A stretch of 64,000 nucleotides of DNA, taken from NCBI GenBank assembly GCA_013239625.1, contig MU053881.1, positions 1,922,001 to 1,986,000 of the forward strand, written 5' to 3'. The stretch is from Lama guanicoe (lineage: Eukaryota). Below the pieces are notes generated by a model that saw only the letters and a list, made by a program, of their open reading frames with translations, ran no database searches and was not told the DNA's origin. Position numbers and translations under genes: made by a program. Shown here piece after piece: positions 1 to 12,150 of this stretch. How positions within the stretch are numbered: position 1 is the first letter of the stretch; each line of letters opens with the position of its first letter.

Positions 1-34
1 AGGGTGCTTCGACCACCGTCCCTTTGGTTTCCAG

Positions 35-3000
35 GGTGACCAGCGGGATGAGGAGGAAGAGACCCAGATGAAGAAGTCAGAATCGGAGGTAGAGGTGAGA
101 GCTGGGGGGACAGGACAGCTGAGGTGGGCAGCGCTGTCTCAGTCAGGCCTGGCCCTGACCCTTTCCTTATGTCCCCAGGAGGCAGCAGCCATCATTGCCC
201 AGCGACCTGATAACCCACGGGAGTTCTTTAAGCAGCAGGAAAGAGTCGCATCGGCTTCCGCAGGCAGCTGCGATGTGCCCTCACCCTTCAACCACCGACC
301 AGGTAGTCCCAGCTCCCACCCTCACCCAACCCCAACTCCTCCAGTTTTGGCCTTGAGCCCCTTTGGGACCTGTCTAGGAAGGAAAGCCTTGCCCAAGGAA
401 GGACCCCTTGGAGAAGGCAAGGCTGATTGTCAAGTGTGCTTCCACCCACTGCCTCCAGGTGGCAGGGCTGAGGGGCTCAGATGGGGTCAGTGTTGGGCCT
501 GGGCTGAGCAATGGGTAGTGCTGGGGGGCCATCCGGGCAGCTCTGACAGGGGCTAAGGCATCTCCCTGGCTGCAGGGAGTGGCCCTGCCCCGGTGGAACT
601 AGATCTTGTCTGAAGGGCTGTACGTGCATGTGGGATGGGCTCTCGCCCTGGCCCTGAGCGGGTGCAGCCTGCAGCCCATACCCAGGGTTCCCTGTTTGGA
701 TTCTCTCTGTGTAGCTCCCGCCTCTCCCTGAAGCAACCTTCCACTCCCTGTCTGCTGATCTGAGCGTTTGCCCCTTCTGTGTGCTTGGCTCTGTGCTGGG
801 GCTCCGAGGGTGGGGCAGGCTGTCCCCAGGCATGTGCTGCTCAGAGGCTGGCTGCATTGTGGTGTGTCAGGCTCTCTGCTGTGCGTGGCTGGTGCTGGTG
901 GGAGTCATCTGATGGCTTGAGGCTCTGGCCCAGCTTGGCTGAATATGTGCTCTGGCTGAAGGCAGCTTGAACATCCAGGGCCAGCCCTGGGGGTGGGTGA
1001 GGCCTCATGGCGGGTGGGGGAGACTGACCCTCTCTTGTGCTCTGTCTCTCTCTCTCTGTCTGTCTCTTTTGGCAGGTCGTCCGTACTGCCCTTTCATAAA
1101 GGCATCGGACAGTGGGCCTTCCTCCTCCTCCTCTTCCTCCTCCTCCCCTCCACGGACTCCCTTTCCCTATATCACCTGTCACCGCACCCCAAACCTCTCT
1201 TCCTCCCTCCCATGTAGGTAGCAGCCCCAGGCCTCCACGGGGGGGTAAGGAGGGCCCCGCTTCCCAGCAGCCCCCCTGCCCTCACTCCCCCAGCCTGAAC
1301 GCTGATCTCTGGTGTTTGTGCCCAGAGCAGGTACCGCCTGCCTCTCTCCCTTGGCCCTCAAGGTGCTCTGGCCCTTAGGGGCCTGGCTTACACGGTTTGG
1401 AGCTGTGGTCTGGCCCCTGGGGGGCCTGGGGAGCTCCCAGCCCCCACCCAGACTCCAGAGAGGAGGTGCTGGCCAGGCCCCGAGGTGGACAGTCCTGGTC
1501 CCACCTGGCTCCCTGACCCTCACTGACCAGCCTGGGGGTTTGTTCCATAGGCAGCCACCTGGACAGCCACCGGAGGATGGCGCCCACCCCCATCCCTGCC
1601 CGGAGCCCATCTGACTCCAGCACGGCCTCCACGCCCGTCGCTGAGCGGATCGAGCGGGCCCTGGATGAGGTCACATCTTCGCAACCTCCACCACTGCCAC
1701 CACCACTCCCACCAGCCCAAGGTGAGTGAGGGGCCCTTGTCTCTGGGCTGGGACACCAAGTAGCTATGGTAACGACCCCCCAGGGATCTGGGCCACCCCT
1801 CACCTAGACTGCGCTGCCCTGGAAGTGGCTGTGGCAGGGAGGTCAAACCTGCCCTCGCTGAACCTCAGTGTCTCTCCGTGGAGTGGGGATTGGGCCTTCC
1901 TCCCGGGCAACTGAGTGGTTTAAAGACACTAGGTAGATGGGCAGTGGGGGCCAGTGGGTGCTAGAAGGCACTCTGCTTGGAAGTCTTGGTAGAGGTCTTT
2001 CCTGGAGGTTGCCAATTCCTCGGTGGGTGGCAAAGTACTGTCGAGGGTGGCTGTCCAGGGCCCCCAGCCTTCCTGGGAGCTGATCACATGTCTCCTCCAT
2101 CTGGGCTGTGACAGAGACCCAGGAGCCCAGCCCTGGCCTGGACAGTGAAGAGCCCAGCAAGGAAGCCAGAGCAGCAGCCTCGGAGGCCTGGGCCGGCGGC
2201 CCCGAGGAGGAGCCCCCTCAGGCAGCAGAGCCCCCCCAGGCCCAGGGCAGCCCCACGGAGGACTTGATGTTCATGGTGTCTACAGAGCAGGCTGCCCTGG
2301 CTGCCCCTCTAGAACCGGCCGGGGCTGGAGCCTCAACCACCGACACCCCAGCAGCTGGTGCCACTGAAACCGACACTGCCGCTGCTGACACCGCTGTTGC
2401 CAACGCCATCACCCCTGCCGCTGCCAGCCTCATTGACCTATGGCCTGGCAATGGGGAAGGGGCCTCCGCGCCCCAGGCTGAGCCTAGGGCCCCCACACCA
2501 CCCTCGGGTGCCGAGGTCACTCTGGCGGAGGTGCCCCTGCTGGACGAGGTGGCTCGGGAGCCGCTGCCACCAACAGGTGAAGGCAGTGCCAACCTTCTCA
2601 ATTTTGATGAGCTGCCTGAGCCGCCTGCCACTTTCTGTGACCCAGAGGAGGAAGTAGAAGGGGAGCCCTTGGCTGCCCCCCAGGCTCCAATTCTGCCCTC
2701 AGCTCTAGAGGAGCTGGATCAGGAGCCTGAGCTGGAGCCGGAGCCGGAGCCCCACCTGCTGACCAATGGCGAGACCACCCAGAAGGAGGGGACCCAGGTG
2801 GGGCTGGGGCTGCTTGGTGGGAGGGGAAATAGTCAGGGCTGGAGCAGGGGGCTGACCCTGCCTTCCTCAGGCTTACGGAAGTACCTTCTCCCCTTTCCCT
2901 GTGACCCATATTGTTGAGGGGGTAAGCTCTGTATCATTTCCCATCCCTGAGGCCGGCTCTGCTTTTATTCCCAAGACGGGCATCTGTGTTTCCCTAGCAA

Positions 3001-3443
3001 CCACTGATGGAATCACAGGTTGTCAAGGAAACGGTGCTCAGGCCTGGTAGGTCAGCCCTAGTCCTGCTGGGTGGGTCCCAGTGACATGGAGCTTTTCTCC
3101 TGCAGGCCAGTGAGGGGTACTTCAGCCAATCACAGGAGGAAGAGTTTGCCCAATCGGAAGAGCCCTGCGCAAAGGCTCCGCCTCCTGTGTTCTACAACAA
3201 GCCTCCAGGTAGTGCTGGGATGGGTGATGGGGAGGAATTTGGGTCACGGTGCTGTGTTCAAATGTAGACAGCCTCACAGCACACAGTTGGCACAGCTCCC
3301 TGGGGTTGAGGGGACACAGGCATGGATCTGCTGGGCCATCTCCTTAACTTCCCTCCCTTCCCCACACCGCAGAAATCGACATCACCTGCTGGGATGCAGA
3401 CCCAGTACCAGAAGAGGAGGAGGGCTTCGAGGGTGGCGACTAG
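35..3443 (+). CDS. DBN1: Drebrin 1, 3' part (5' exons lie outside the window). Exons: 35-94, 179-302, [1076-1213 alternative], 1551-1721, 2115-2797, 3106-3208, 3373-3443 (TAG)
   Basis: Spliced translation GDQRDEEEETQMKKSESEVE/EAAAIIAQRPDNPREFFKQQERVASASAGSCDVPSPFNHRP/GSHLDSHRRMAPTP.../...LLNFDELPEPPATFCDP.../ASEGYFSQSQEEEFAQSEEPCAKAPPPVFYNKPP/EIDITCWDADPVPEEEEGFEGGD* matches the drebrin C-terminal half, with Homer-binding PPxxF motifs; all introns GT-AG with consistent phase. Confidence 0.97.
1076..1213 (+). CDS. DBN1: Drebrin A-specific cassette exon (138 nt, 46 codons)
   Basis: Long CT-rich acceptor ending ggcag at 1075, donor gtaggt at 1214; encodes GRPYCPFIKASDSGPSSSSSSSSSPPRTPFPYITCHRTPNLSSSLP, the neuron-specific drebrin A insert. 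Confidence 0.92.
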
Positions 3444-3925
3444 CAGTGGTGCCTGCCCTCAGGCTGCCCTCGCCAAGGCCGCCCACCTGCGCCGGCCTCT
3501 GGCCAGACGGCCCGCAGTGCCTGCACTCGCAGCAGCTCCGCCTGGCACCCACTCTGGATTCCGGCCCTGGCCGAGGACTTGGCCGCTTCCCTACCCACAG
3601 GGCCCGACTTTTACAGCTTTTCTCTTTTTTTTTTAAAGTTGATAGGAGACTTGTACAGTTGACTGGTTTTCCTCCCGTTGGTAGTTGAGACGCTGTTGCA
3701 AATTCCACCCCTTCCCGCCCGGTCCAGATTGTAGCTTAGTCCTCCCTGCTCACTCAGTTGGCCGGGGTGGAGGCCTCACCCTGCTTGGGGCCTGGCGTTG
3801 GGGGGAGCTCTGGTGGGAAAATGTTCCCCCCACCTCTTTTCCTAGTTTTCTGTTTCTTGGAAAAATATCACTTTGTATTCTCTGTCCAGGGCTTCAGATA
3901 TTTTGCACGAATTTTAAAACATGGC

Positions 3926-4231
3926 AATAAATGGCTCGTGGGCTCTGGCTCCCTGGGACCCCTCCCCTCCCCAGCCTTCTCTTGGCCCCTCCCCACCTGG
4001 CCTGAAGGAAGTAGCAGGCCCAGCTGGGGCCCCTCAGCTTCCCGGCCCTTTCCTGCCCCCTCCTGCTGGGCAGGTCCCAGGCTGGAGGCCCTAGGTATGA
4101 TTCAGGTCAGGGCTATGGGTGGCCCCTCTCCACCTCCTCCCTCTTTGCTTGGGTTCCTTTTTCACGTTCAGTAACTGTTTTTTGGAAAGCACAAACTTCT
4201 GTAACAGGTCGTGCTCATGTCTGTTAATAAA
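3926..4231 (+). terminator. DBN1: DBN1 polyadenylation signals (AATAAA at 3926-3931 and 4226-4231)
   Basis: Two canonical hexamers downstream of the DBN1 stop. Confidence 0.7.
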
Positions 4232-4575
4232 GAAATCCAGATCCCTTCAGGCCTGCTGCTCCGGGCCTCCAGGGGCTGATCTGGGGTGGGCCGCCTGCCC
4301 TGACCCCATTCCCAAGTCTTCCCACCTCCAAGGATGCAGAGGGCACCTCATCATGACTTCATGGGCAAGGAAGGTGGGGTCTGAAGCTCCCGAGGTTACT
4401 AGCCTCTGGTTTGAAGCAGGCAGACCTCAGGCTTAGTCCTGCGCCCTCTGGCCAGTTTGTAGCTGAAAGGTGCATTTAGGTAAGGTCCCGCCAAGGCCGG
4501 GCAGGCCTGGCCGCTAGAACCTTGGGCGCAAGCAGTGGGTGCCCCCTCCGCTTGTACCAAACCAGATCACACACC

Positions 4576-4581
4576 TTTATT
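4576..4581 (-). terminator. PRR7: PRR7 polyadenylation signal (AATAAA on minus strand)
   Basis: tttatt on + strand about 140 nt beyond the PRR7 stop. Confidence 0.7.
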
Positions 4582-4720
4582 ATCCTCAAAATGTAACAAA
4601 CGGGGTAAGAAATCCCTCCCTCCCCACCCCCCCACCCCCCACAGTCCAAGGGAAGCATTTAAAAAGCCCCGCAATCAGGCCAGGAGTCTGCAGGTGGGGC
4701 CCGGGACGCCGGGCGCCCCT

Positions 4721-5750
4721 CTATACGGCTGTAGTCCTCCCGAACAAGGGGATGGAGACCGGCAGGCGCCAAGCTCCGTGCTCCAGTGGCTCTCGGTTGC
4801 TGAGCTCCGAGTCGGTCCAGCTGGGGAAGACCCGGCGGCCGCGGTCTGCCTGCAGGCAGAGCGCAGGGCAGGGCGGTGCGGGCCGTGGGGCGCTGGGCAG
4901 GTGCAGCGCCGACGTGTAGCCCCGATCCAGGAAGAGCGGCTTGTAACTGGGCGGCGGCTGCTCCTGTTTCTCCGCACTGTCGCGGCGGCTCAGAAAGGGC
5001 GTGACGATCTTGCGGTAGAGGCCGCGCGTGTCGGTGAGCACCTCGCTGTAGGGCGGCGGCGGCTCGGCCATCAGCACCGCCTCTTCGTAGCACGGTGGCT
5101 TGGACATGTCCGATTCCGCTGCGAAGTAGGAAGCGGTCTCAGGGCGTGAGGCCACCTGTCCCCAACCTCCCTCAGAGACCTTGGTCAGTCGCCAACCCCA
5201 GACCCAGCCCGATTCCTCCCGGGTTTTCAAGGAGGCCCTCCGCTGGAAGCCTCGCGGGTCAGCAGCGAGTCCGCCGCCCGCCGAGGCCTCCCCGACCCCA
5301 GTGGCCCAGGCCGCCTCCTGGCGGAGGTGGGTACTTACCTTGGCGCGGGTAGCTCCAGGGCCGCGGCGGCACGGAGAGGTGCGGCGGCGGCGGGTGCGGA
5401 AGCGCGTGGTGGTGTGCGTGCGGGTGCGTGTGAGGTTGCGCAGGCCCGTGGTGCAGCAGCGGGTGCACGTGTACGTGCTGATGGGTGTGCGCCGGCGCCT
5501 CGAGGCGGCCTCGCTGCGGTGGTGGTGGCGGTGGCAGGCCCGGAGGGCTCCCGGCCAGGCTGCCCTCAAGCTCCAGGGGCTCCAGCTCGAGGGCGCGCAG
5601 GTTCTGCTCACGCAGTCGCTCCTCCTGGCGCCGTTTGAGGCGGCGGCGCAGGAAGCTGCAGAAGCAGCAGAGTAGGACGATAAGACCCCAGATGAGCCAG
5701 AAACCAGCAAAGCACGTGAGGAACGTGTAGGTGCCCTGGGACATAACCAT
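4721..5750 (-). CDS. PRR7: Proline-rich protein 7 (synaptic), 269 aa. Coding exons 5750-5339 and 5118-4721
   Basis: [37 protein letters not shown] (TM segment plus CCxC palmitoylation site), His/Pro-rich region, PPPY/PPSY WW ligands, C-terminal TTAV PDZ ligand; intron 5338-5119 GT-AG; 412+398=810 nt. Confidence 0.96.
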
Positions 5751-5783
5751 GGCGGCGGCGCGGGCGGCGGGTCCTCGGCTCCT

Positions 5784-5945
5784 TCACTGGACAATGGGCT
5801 CCTCTACGTGGCCCCGGGCCCGCGCCACGCTCCCAGGCGCCGCCAGTGTCACTCGGGGCCCTGCGGCCAGGGGCTGCCCGCAGCGGGGCTCAAGTCGTGC
5901 GCGCGCCGGCGGGGGGCAGCAGAAGCAGCTCCCGTTCTTTCCCAT
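5784..5945 (-). other. Candidate uORF in PRR7 5' leader, 53 aa (MGKNGSCFCC...PIVQ*)
   Basis: gccATGG Kozak at 5945, downstream of a strong acceptor (...tcctgtgtctgtcccacag|g at 5993/5992); TGA at 5786-5784. Confidence 0.45.
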
Positions 5946-8900
5946 GGCGCCGGCAGGCGCGCTGGCGGGCCTCACCCGGGGCCGCGCGGGACCTGTGGGA
6001 CAGACACAGGACGCGGTGAAGGAGCGAAGCAGCCCCCGGCGACTTCCCTGCCCGAGCGGGTGCCCTGTGCAATCCTGGGGAAGCCTCCTCTGCGAAACCC
6101 CCGCACTCCGTGGAACCCCCGCACTCCGTGGGGGCCAGGTGACGTCATCGAGGGGATGACGTCACGCCTCCAGGTTTCCCCGGTAGGGTTTTCCCGGATC
6201 TGAGCCCGGGCTGCCGCTGCCGCTGCCGCCTCCCAGCCGAGGTTACTCTAGTCCGGCCAGCAGGGGGCGCGCGAAGGCCGGACTCGGCCTCAGTCTGCAC
6301 GGGAGCTTCTCCATCCGCATCCCCGAGGGACCGAGGACCTCAGCTCCGAAAGGGCCTGATAGGCCCATAGGCAGACTCCCAGGGCTCTGAAGAGGAGCCA
6401 GAGCGCGGTTGCTTTGCGGCGAGGAGGGCCCCACAAGCAGCCCGCCGGCTCCCAGCTTCAGCCCTGTGCATACACACCGGCCAGCCCCTGGCGCCCCAGG
6501 TCTTGTACCCACTCCCACCCCTGGCTGCCCAAAGCGTGGAACATTACGGTCCGCACGGCGGCCTCCTGGTTGTCGCCGCTCTTGAAGCGGGAACTCGAAT
6601 GGGTGGTTCCCGCAGCTACTGCGTGCCCCCGGCCTGCCTTTGTCTGCGCTGAACGCGCCGTGAGCGTGGGCTGTTCCTTCTTTCCCTTTCCTCTAGGCGC
6701 CTCCGCCCGCTTAATCTCAGCTCCGTCTCTGCTTCCCGAGCCTCCTACCCATGCGCAGCCCCACTCCGCCCTGCCCTTCTAGCTCCAGGCCGCTGTGCCC
6801 TTCCCCCAGTTCCTTTCCCTCTGCAGTGTCAGAAAACTAGCTGAAGTCATCGGTACCACCTGGTCCCGCATCACTCCAGATGGGCACCTCTAGTCCCACC
6901 TCCTCCTCTCCACAGCCAGGGTTGAGAGGGGAACCTTGCCTCCTAAGAAGTATGTAGGAGGGAGCCCTGACTGCGGAGGGGCCGTGGCAGGCAACTGTTC
7001 ACCACCCCCTCAGAACAAAAATGAGCCCTTCTTGAATTCCTTATACCCAGAGGCTTTCACATACAACCCTTTGGGGTAACTGGAATTATTCTTGTTTTAT
7101 GGGTTTTACACAATTAGTTGTATGGATGGCAGGCAGCAGTGCCATAATATGACCACAAGCCTGGCCACAGAACCCTAGCCTGGCGTGGGAGAGTGCTGCT
7201 GCTTGCGCTACCCTGGGGGCCCCTTCCAGGAGCGCCATGGGCCCCCATGCTCAGCATGCCCAACCAAGGCACACATGCATTCAGCTCTGGGAGCCACAAT
7301 GGGCCTGAGCCCCATGCTGGGGACTCCACATTAAGCTTCCACTGGTCTGAGAGCAAGCTGGGGGGAAGCCAGGCCATACTGGCCACCCCACAGTTCTCCC
7401 CAGATGGCTCCTGTCTGACTCCATGGCTACTTTGTGCCATGTGCCACTTGGTGCCCATGCCAGTCCCTTTCTCCTGGGCCGGAGTTCCAGAACAGACAAT
7501 GGCAGGAACAATAGCTCCACCCGCCCCCTCGACAACCCCACCATGAGGCTGCCATGGCGACGCAGCCCAGATAAAAACACGATGCTGCCAGTCACTGGGA
7601 GTTAATTAAATCCAGTGTTCTCCTTTTCCTGAGCCCACAGGAATTTTCAGGAATGCTCTGAGGAAGCTGGCACGAACTAGGGGGCTCCTTGGCAAGGCAG
7701 GAACAGCTCTGGGTCAGAAAAGCACTTCTGGGGCTGGAAGTGATGGAGTTTAGCTGAATGAGAAATACAAATACCTGCCAAGTACTGTCTACTGTGTGAG
7801 GACTCATTCAAGGCCCCTTCCCTGCAGAATCTTATATAATCTTCAACACTACCTTCTCACTGAGGGTCGTGCCCATCTGATGGAGAGACAGGCTCAGAGA
7901 GGGAAATGACTAGCCTTGGGTCACACAGCTAATAAAGGATTTATCTGAGTCTGAATCTAAAGTCTTATGTTGAAACATTTTCCCCTAAGGGACAAGTGAG
8001 ACGTAAATAAATGCAGGTGAGTGCTCAGTATGGGAGGACCTGGCAGCCATGGGGACCTGGGGCAGGCTGGCCAGCTTGTAGCCAAAACACACCGTCCTGC
8101 TCCTTCCCCTCAAAGTCCTAGTGCTTCTGGCGACCAGCTCTCAGCTTAAGAGTAAAAGGCCATAGGGTAAAGGAGAGATGGAATGGCAGCTCTGGGGTTA
8201 ACAGGGAACAAAGGACAGGGACTGTGCCCAGAGGGGTCTGGCTCAGCTGGCTGGGCATTAGAGCAGGCTGGGGCAGGCCACCCTCAAGACCTACAGGGTG
8301 CCACTGTCACCTCTCAGCCTGTCTCATCATCTATCAAATGGGCAAGACCCCCAGTGAGAAGGCGGTGTTGAAGATCACATAAGATTCTGCATGAAGGGGC
8401 CGAGATCAAGGCCTGACACGCAGTAGACAGTCCTTGGCAGATGTTCTTATTCCTAATTCAGCTAAACTCCAGTCAGGAGGCAGGAACCATTGCTGCATTT
8501 TACAGACTAGGCCACTGTGGGTCTGAGAGAGGAAGTCTGCCTAAGGCCTCACAGCTGAGCTGGCCCTCTGACCCCCACGCTGGCTCTGGTGCCCACTTTG
8601 GGTGGGGGTCGGGGGGTGATGACACTCCCTCCTGGGCTGCTGCTTCACCCTGGTGCTCCAGCAGGTCCAGAGGGCAGGAATCCTGCCTGAGCCTCCCTCC
8701 TGCCCTGAGTGTGGTCCACAGGAGTCATCAGTAACATCTCATCTAATCCACACAGCAGGTGCCCAATATATAAACATCAAGGGATTCATTCAGACCTTTC
8801 CAAGTGTTTCTCCTAGCCAGGCCAAGCTTCTCAAAGCCTTTTCTGTCCCTTTACCCCTCCACACCCCGTGCACGCTCCTGCCAGGGTCCGGGGAGCCCTT

Positions 8901-11900
8901 CCGAAGCAGACTCTGCTTGTTGCTCACAGCCCCTCGCCTTCCCCATCCCCTGCAGACACACTTCTGGTCCCCAGCAAGCTCCACCTCCAGCTGTGTGCTA
9001 GGAGTGGTGCCTTCAGCAGGACTCATCCTTAAGTCGGCCAATTTATGATTTGTTTTCTGTTTCCTCTTTCTCTTTTCTTGCTTCTTGCAGGTTATCTAGA
9101 CATGTTTCAGGCCTTCTTGGTTTATTTGTGGAGTTTGTGAGTGTATCACTTTGCAGGGTTTTCTCAGGCCACACACCCGCTGGGAGCACAGCAGGGGGAC
9201 AGGAGTGAGAGCTGGGGGGTGAGTTTCTTAACCTCCGTGTTGCCTCAGTTTCCTCATTGGTGACCACAGGGAAGAGTGAGCTGACCCACGCAAAGGGTCT
9301 GGAGATGCCTGACAAACATGAACACTGCAGACCGCAGCTCAAGAGCTGGGGGTGCAGAGATGCGTGTCCCTGAGGCGCCCTCCGCCCCAGGACTGGCTGC
9401 CACAGAGTTCTCTCAGTCACCCTATGAACTAACTAGGTGAGCATTCTGTCCGTTTGACAGGTGAGAACACTTGGCTCAAAGAGACTAAATGACTCCCAAG
9501 GTCACACAAACCTTTTAGTCTAGGGCCGGTGCACTGCTCTGGGGGCCTCCCACATCGCTCCTCTGCATGAAGAACCCTGGCACCAAAGCCTTAGATCCCA
9601 AAGATCTGCTGCTGGGCCTTTTATCTCAGCAAAAGGCCTGCCGTTTACTCCAGCTGCCACATCCTGTTGTTTTGAACCCTCAGTGCAGTGTGTCTTTATC
9701 TGTCCACTTCCTTGGCTTAGCCAGGTCACCGTGGCCTCACACCTGGGCCCCTGTTACCATGCTTGTCACCACTCTCTACTTCCACTGTTCTGTGCAGCCT
9801 AGCACTCTCCGCGTCGCCCGTTTCCCCCAGGCCCTCCCCTGAACCCAGATGCAACACAGTCTTGCTGCCCTTGCTACTCAGCCTCGTGGCCTCGCCTGCC
9901 TCCCCCCTAGACACATCAGCCTCCGGCTAACTCACCCCCCAGGGCTGGATGAGAAGCCCAGCGACATCATTCACAGTGTTCTGCAGTGGCCTGTGTCCAA
10001 CACGAGAGGCTGCATCTGTCTTGATCATCTGCTCAAGTATGTAGTAGCTAAAAAGCCACTTGTTGAGGGAGCAACTCGGAGGTGTCCAGTTACCTGTCTG
10101 GTCTTTTAGCTGTAAGGACAGGGAACACCTCAAGTGTTGGGTCAGCATCTAAGTCATTCCTGGGAAATGTTGGCCATTCACCAAAATGTCACTGAGAAAG
10201 ACCAGCTCTCAGCTCTCAGCCTTCCCAGGGAGGTTTTAAGAGATCTGAGGACCCATCCAGCCATGTGAATAAAAGGAAAAGCCTACGTGGAGACATCTCC
10301 AGGGGTTCTGGAGTAGACAGAGGGAATCCCAGGTAACAGGGGCTCTGGGTCACACAAGGAAGCCCTGGACGTGAGGCCAGAGCTGCTGGTTAAGTGAAGG
10401 GACAGGAATTCAGAGCAGGGGACAGAGGAGAGAGGGAGGAGGGAGGAGAGTGTGGCGTGTGGAATGAGGGGAGGGGAGGAGAAGGTGACTGCTCACGTGT
10501 TCCGCATGCCCTGAACACACCAGGCCTTCGCTAACCTCTTTAGAATCATTCTCCCAGAGGGAGAGGATGCCATCCCTACTCTGCAGGCAGGAGCTGAGGC
10601 CGCTCAGGCCCACATGGCTGGGTGCCTGTGAAGGCCAGGTGACTGCAAAGCCTGCTGTCCCAGCAGGAAGGGCATTTCAGGGAGGCACTGGTGACATTTT
10701 TACACTCCTCCCACACCAAGACAGATGAACTGAAGCCAGACGGAGATGATGGGAACTGTCCCAGCTGCCACAGTCAGCCAGGCTTGGAGCTGGCCAGAAC
10801 CTCATTTCCAGCTTAGCCAAAGTACTGACTTGGCACCCTCACCTACAGGTAGTGTATCTGTGACCCAACCTTGGCACCAAGCCAGGAAGGCAGGGCTCGG
10901 GAAACTGCAAACATGACAACCGAGACTGGGGCCCTAGTGGGTCAGTGTCTAATGGACTCAGATCTGCCCCTCTAAGGGAGCCTGGTGAACAGGCAGAGCA
11001 CTGAGTAGGGAGCCCTGGGTTCAAATCCTGGTTCTGTCCTGACCGAGCTGTGTAACCCCATCCCGGCCGTCCCCCACGCCTGAGCTGAAGTTTCTTCACC
11101 TGTCAGGCTGAGATGATGAGACCTGCCCGGCAGTGCCAAGGGAGGAGCAAAACTGGTGGGGAATGTGAAAATACTTCAAGCCCAGCATACACAGCTGCAG
11201 GTGACAGGCCAAATGCCGGCCCCTTGCAGCCTCAAGAGGCTCAAATGTGAAAACCAGCCCCCGGTGCTACATCTGCACAAGCCTGGAGATGGTCCAGCAA
11301 AAACTGCCATCACTCTCCTATGGACCAGAGGTCTCCGCCTCGTGACTCTCAGGTAGGACACAGTTCATGGACATGTTTGGTTGGCCCATAATCATTTTTT
11401 AAAAAATACTATGATTAGTTGCCAACATTTAAAAACCAAGAGATTTTACATAAAAGTCTGGGTTTTTGGCTCACCTTGAAAATGGGACAACCTGGTCATA
11501 CTAAGTTCACCTTCTCACATGGCGACACAGACTGCGCCCTGGTCGACCTGGGCCCTGGAAGCATTTGGGTAGCAACCCCTGAGCTAAATGGAGCATCCAC
11601 AGGGCCCAGCACTGCAATGGGCCCATCATTGCTAAATTCCTCCTGCTACAGCCAGGGCTGCAAGGTGATCAGGCCACAGAGCCTACGAACCAAGGAAGAG
11701 GGCCTCGGGGGCTTCCCAGGGGACTGAGGTAGCCGTACTGCTGAGCCTCCCCCAGAGGGAGGAAATGGAGGGAGGGAGGGAGGCAGCAGAGCAGTGGCAC
11801 ATTCCTATAGAGCATTTGGCTGATTTTGCTGGAAGGAGACAAGGTGTACCAAGGCCTAAAAAACAGAGGGGATTTCCTCCCTGGAGGACTGTGGTTAAGA

Positions 11901-11999
11901 ACGCTCCTCTAGAAGGCTCTACAGTTCTGCCTGGGTCACAAGAGACGGTATGTAGCAAGCAGAGAGGGGCCAGGCCAGCAGAGAAACCTGCACTGGAAA

Positions 12000-12150
12000 C
12001 TAAGCTCCACCACTTAACAGGTTGTGTGACCTTGGGCAAGTCACTTTACCTCCCTGAGCCTGGAGTCTCCACCTCTAAAACGGGGCTAATAAACTTACCT
12101 TGCATAATTGGTGTAAGGACCAGGAGATAGTGGATGCAGAGCACTGAACA
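12000..12150 (+). mobile_element. MIR SINE (representative; further MIR fragments near 7850, 9450, 11000, 44310, 46170, 58990)
   Basis: Core tgtgtgaccttgggcaagtcactttacctccctgagcc. Confidence 0.7.

Larger units (their letters stand above)
4640..6720. promoter_or_regulatory. CpG island over the PRR7 coding exons and upstream intron, with two perfect CRE palindromes (TGACGTCA 6140-6147, 6157-6164)
   Basis: Very high GC and CpG density; motifs read directly; boundaries approximate. Confidence 0.75.

Noticed and set aside
4721..5794. 357-aa ORF running through the PRR7 intron
   Set aside because: Starts at TTG; only the last-exon part is real PRR7, and the rest is a stop-free GC-rich alternative frame
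6096..6131. Direct repeats as a possible CRISPR-like array
   Set aside because: Only two adjacent copies without spacers in a mammalian genome; no prokaryotic features anywhere in the window
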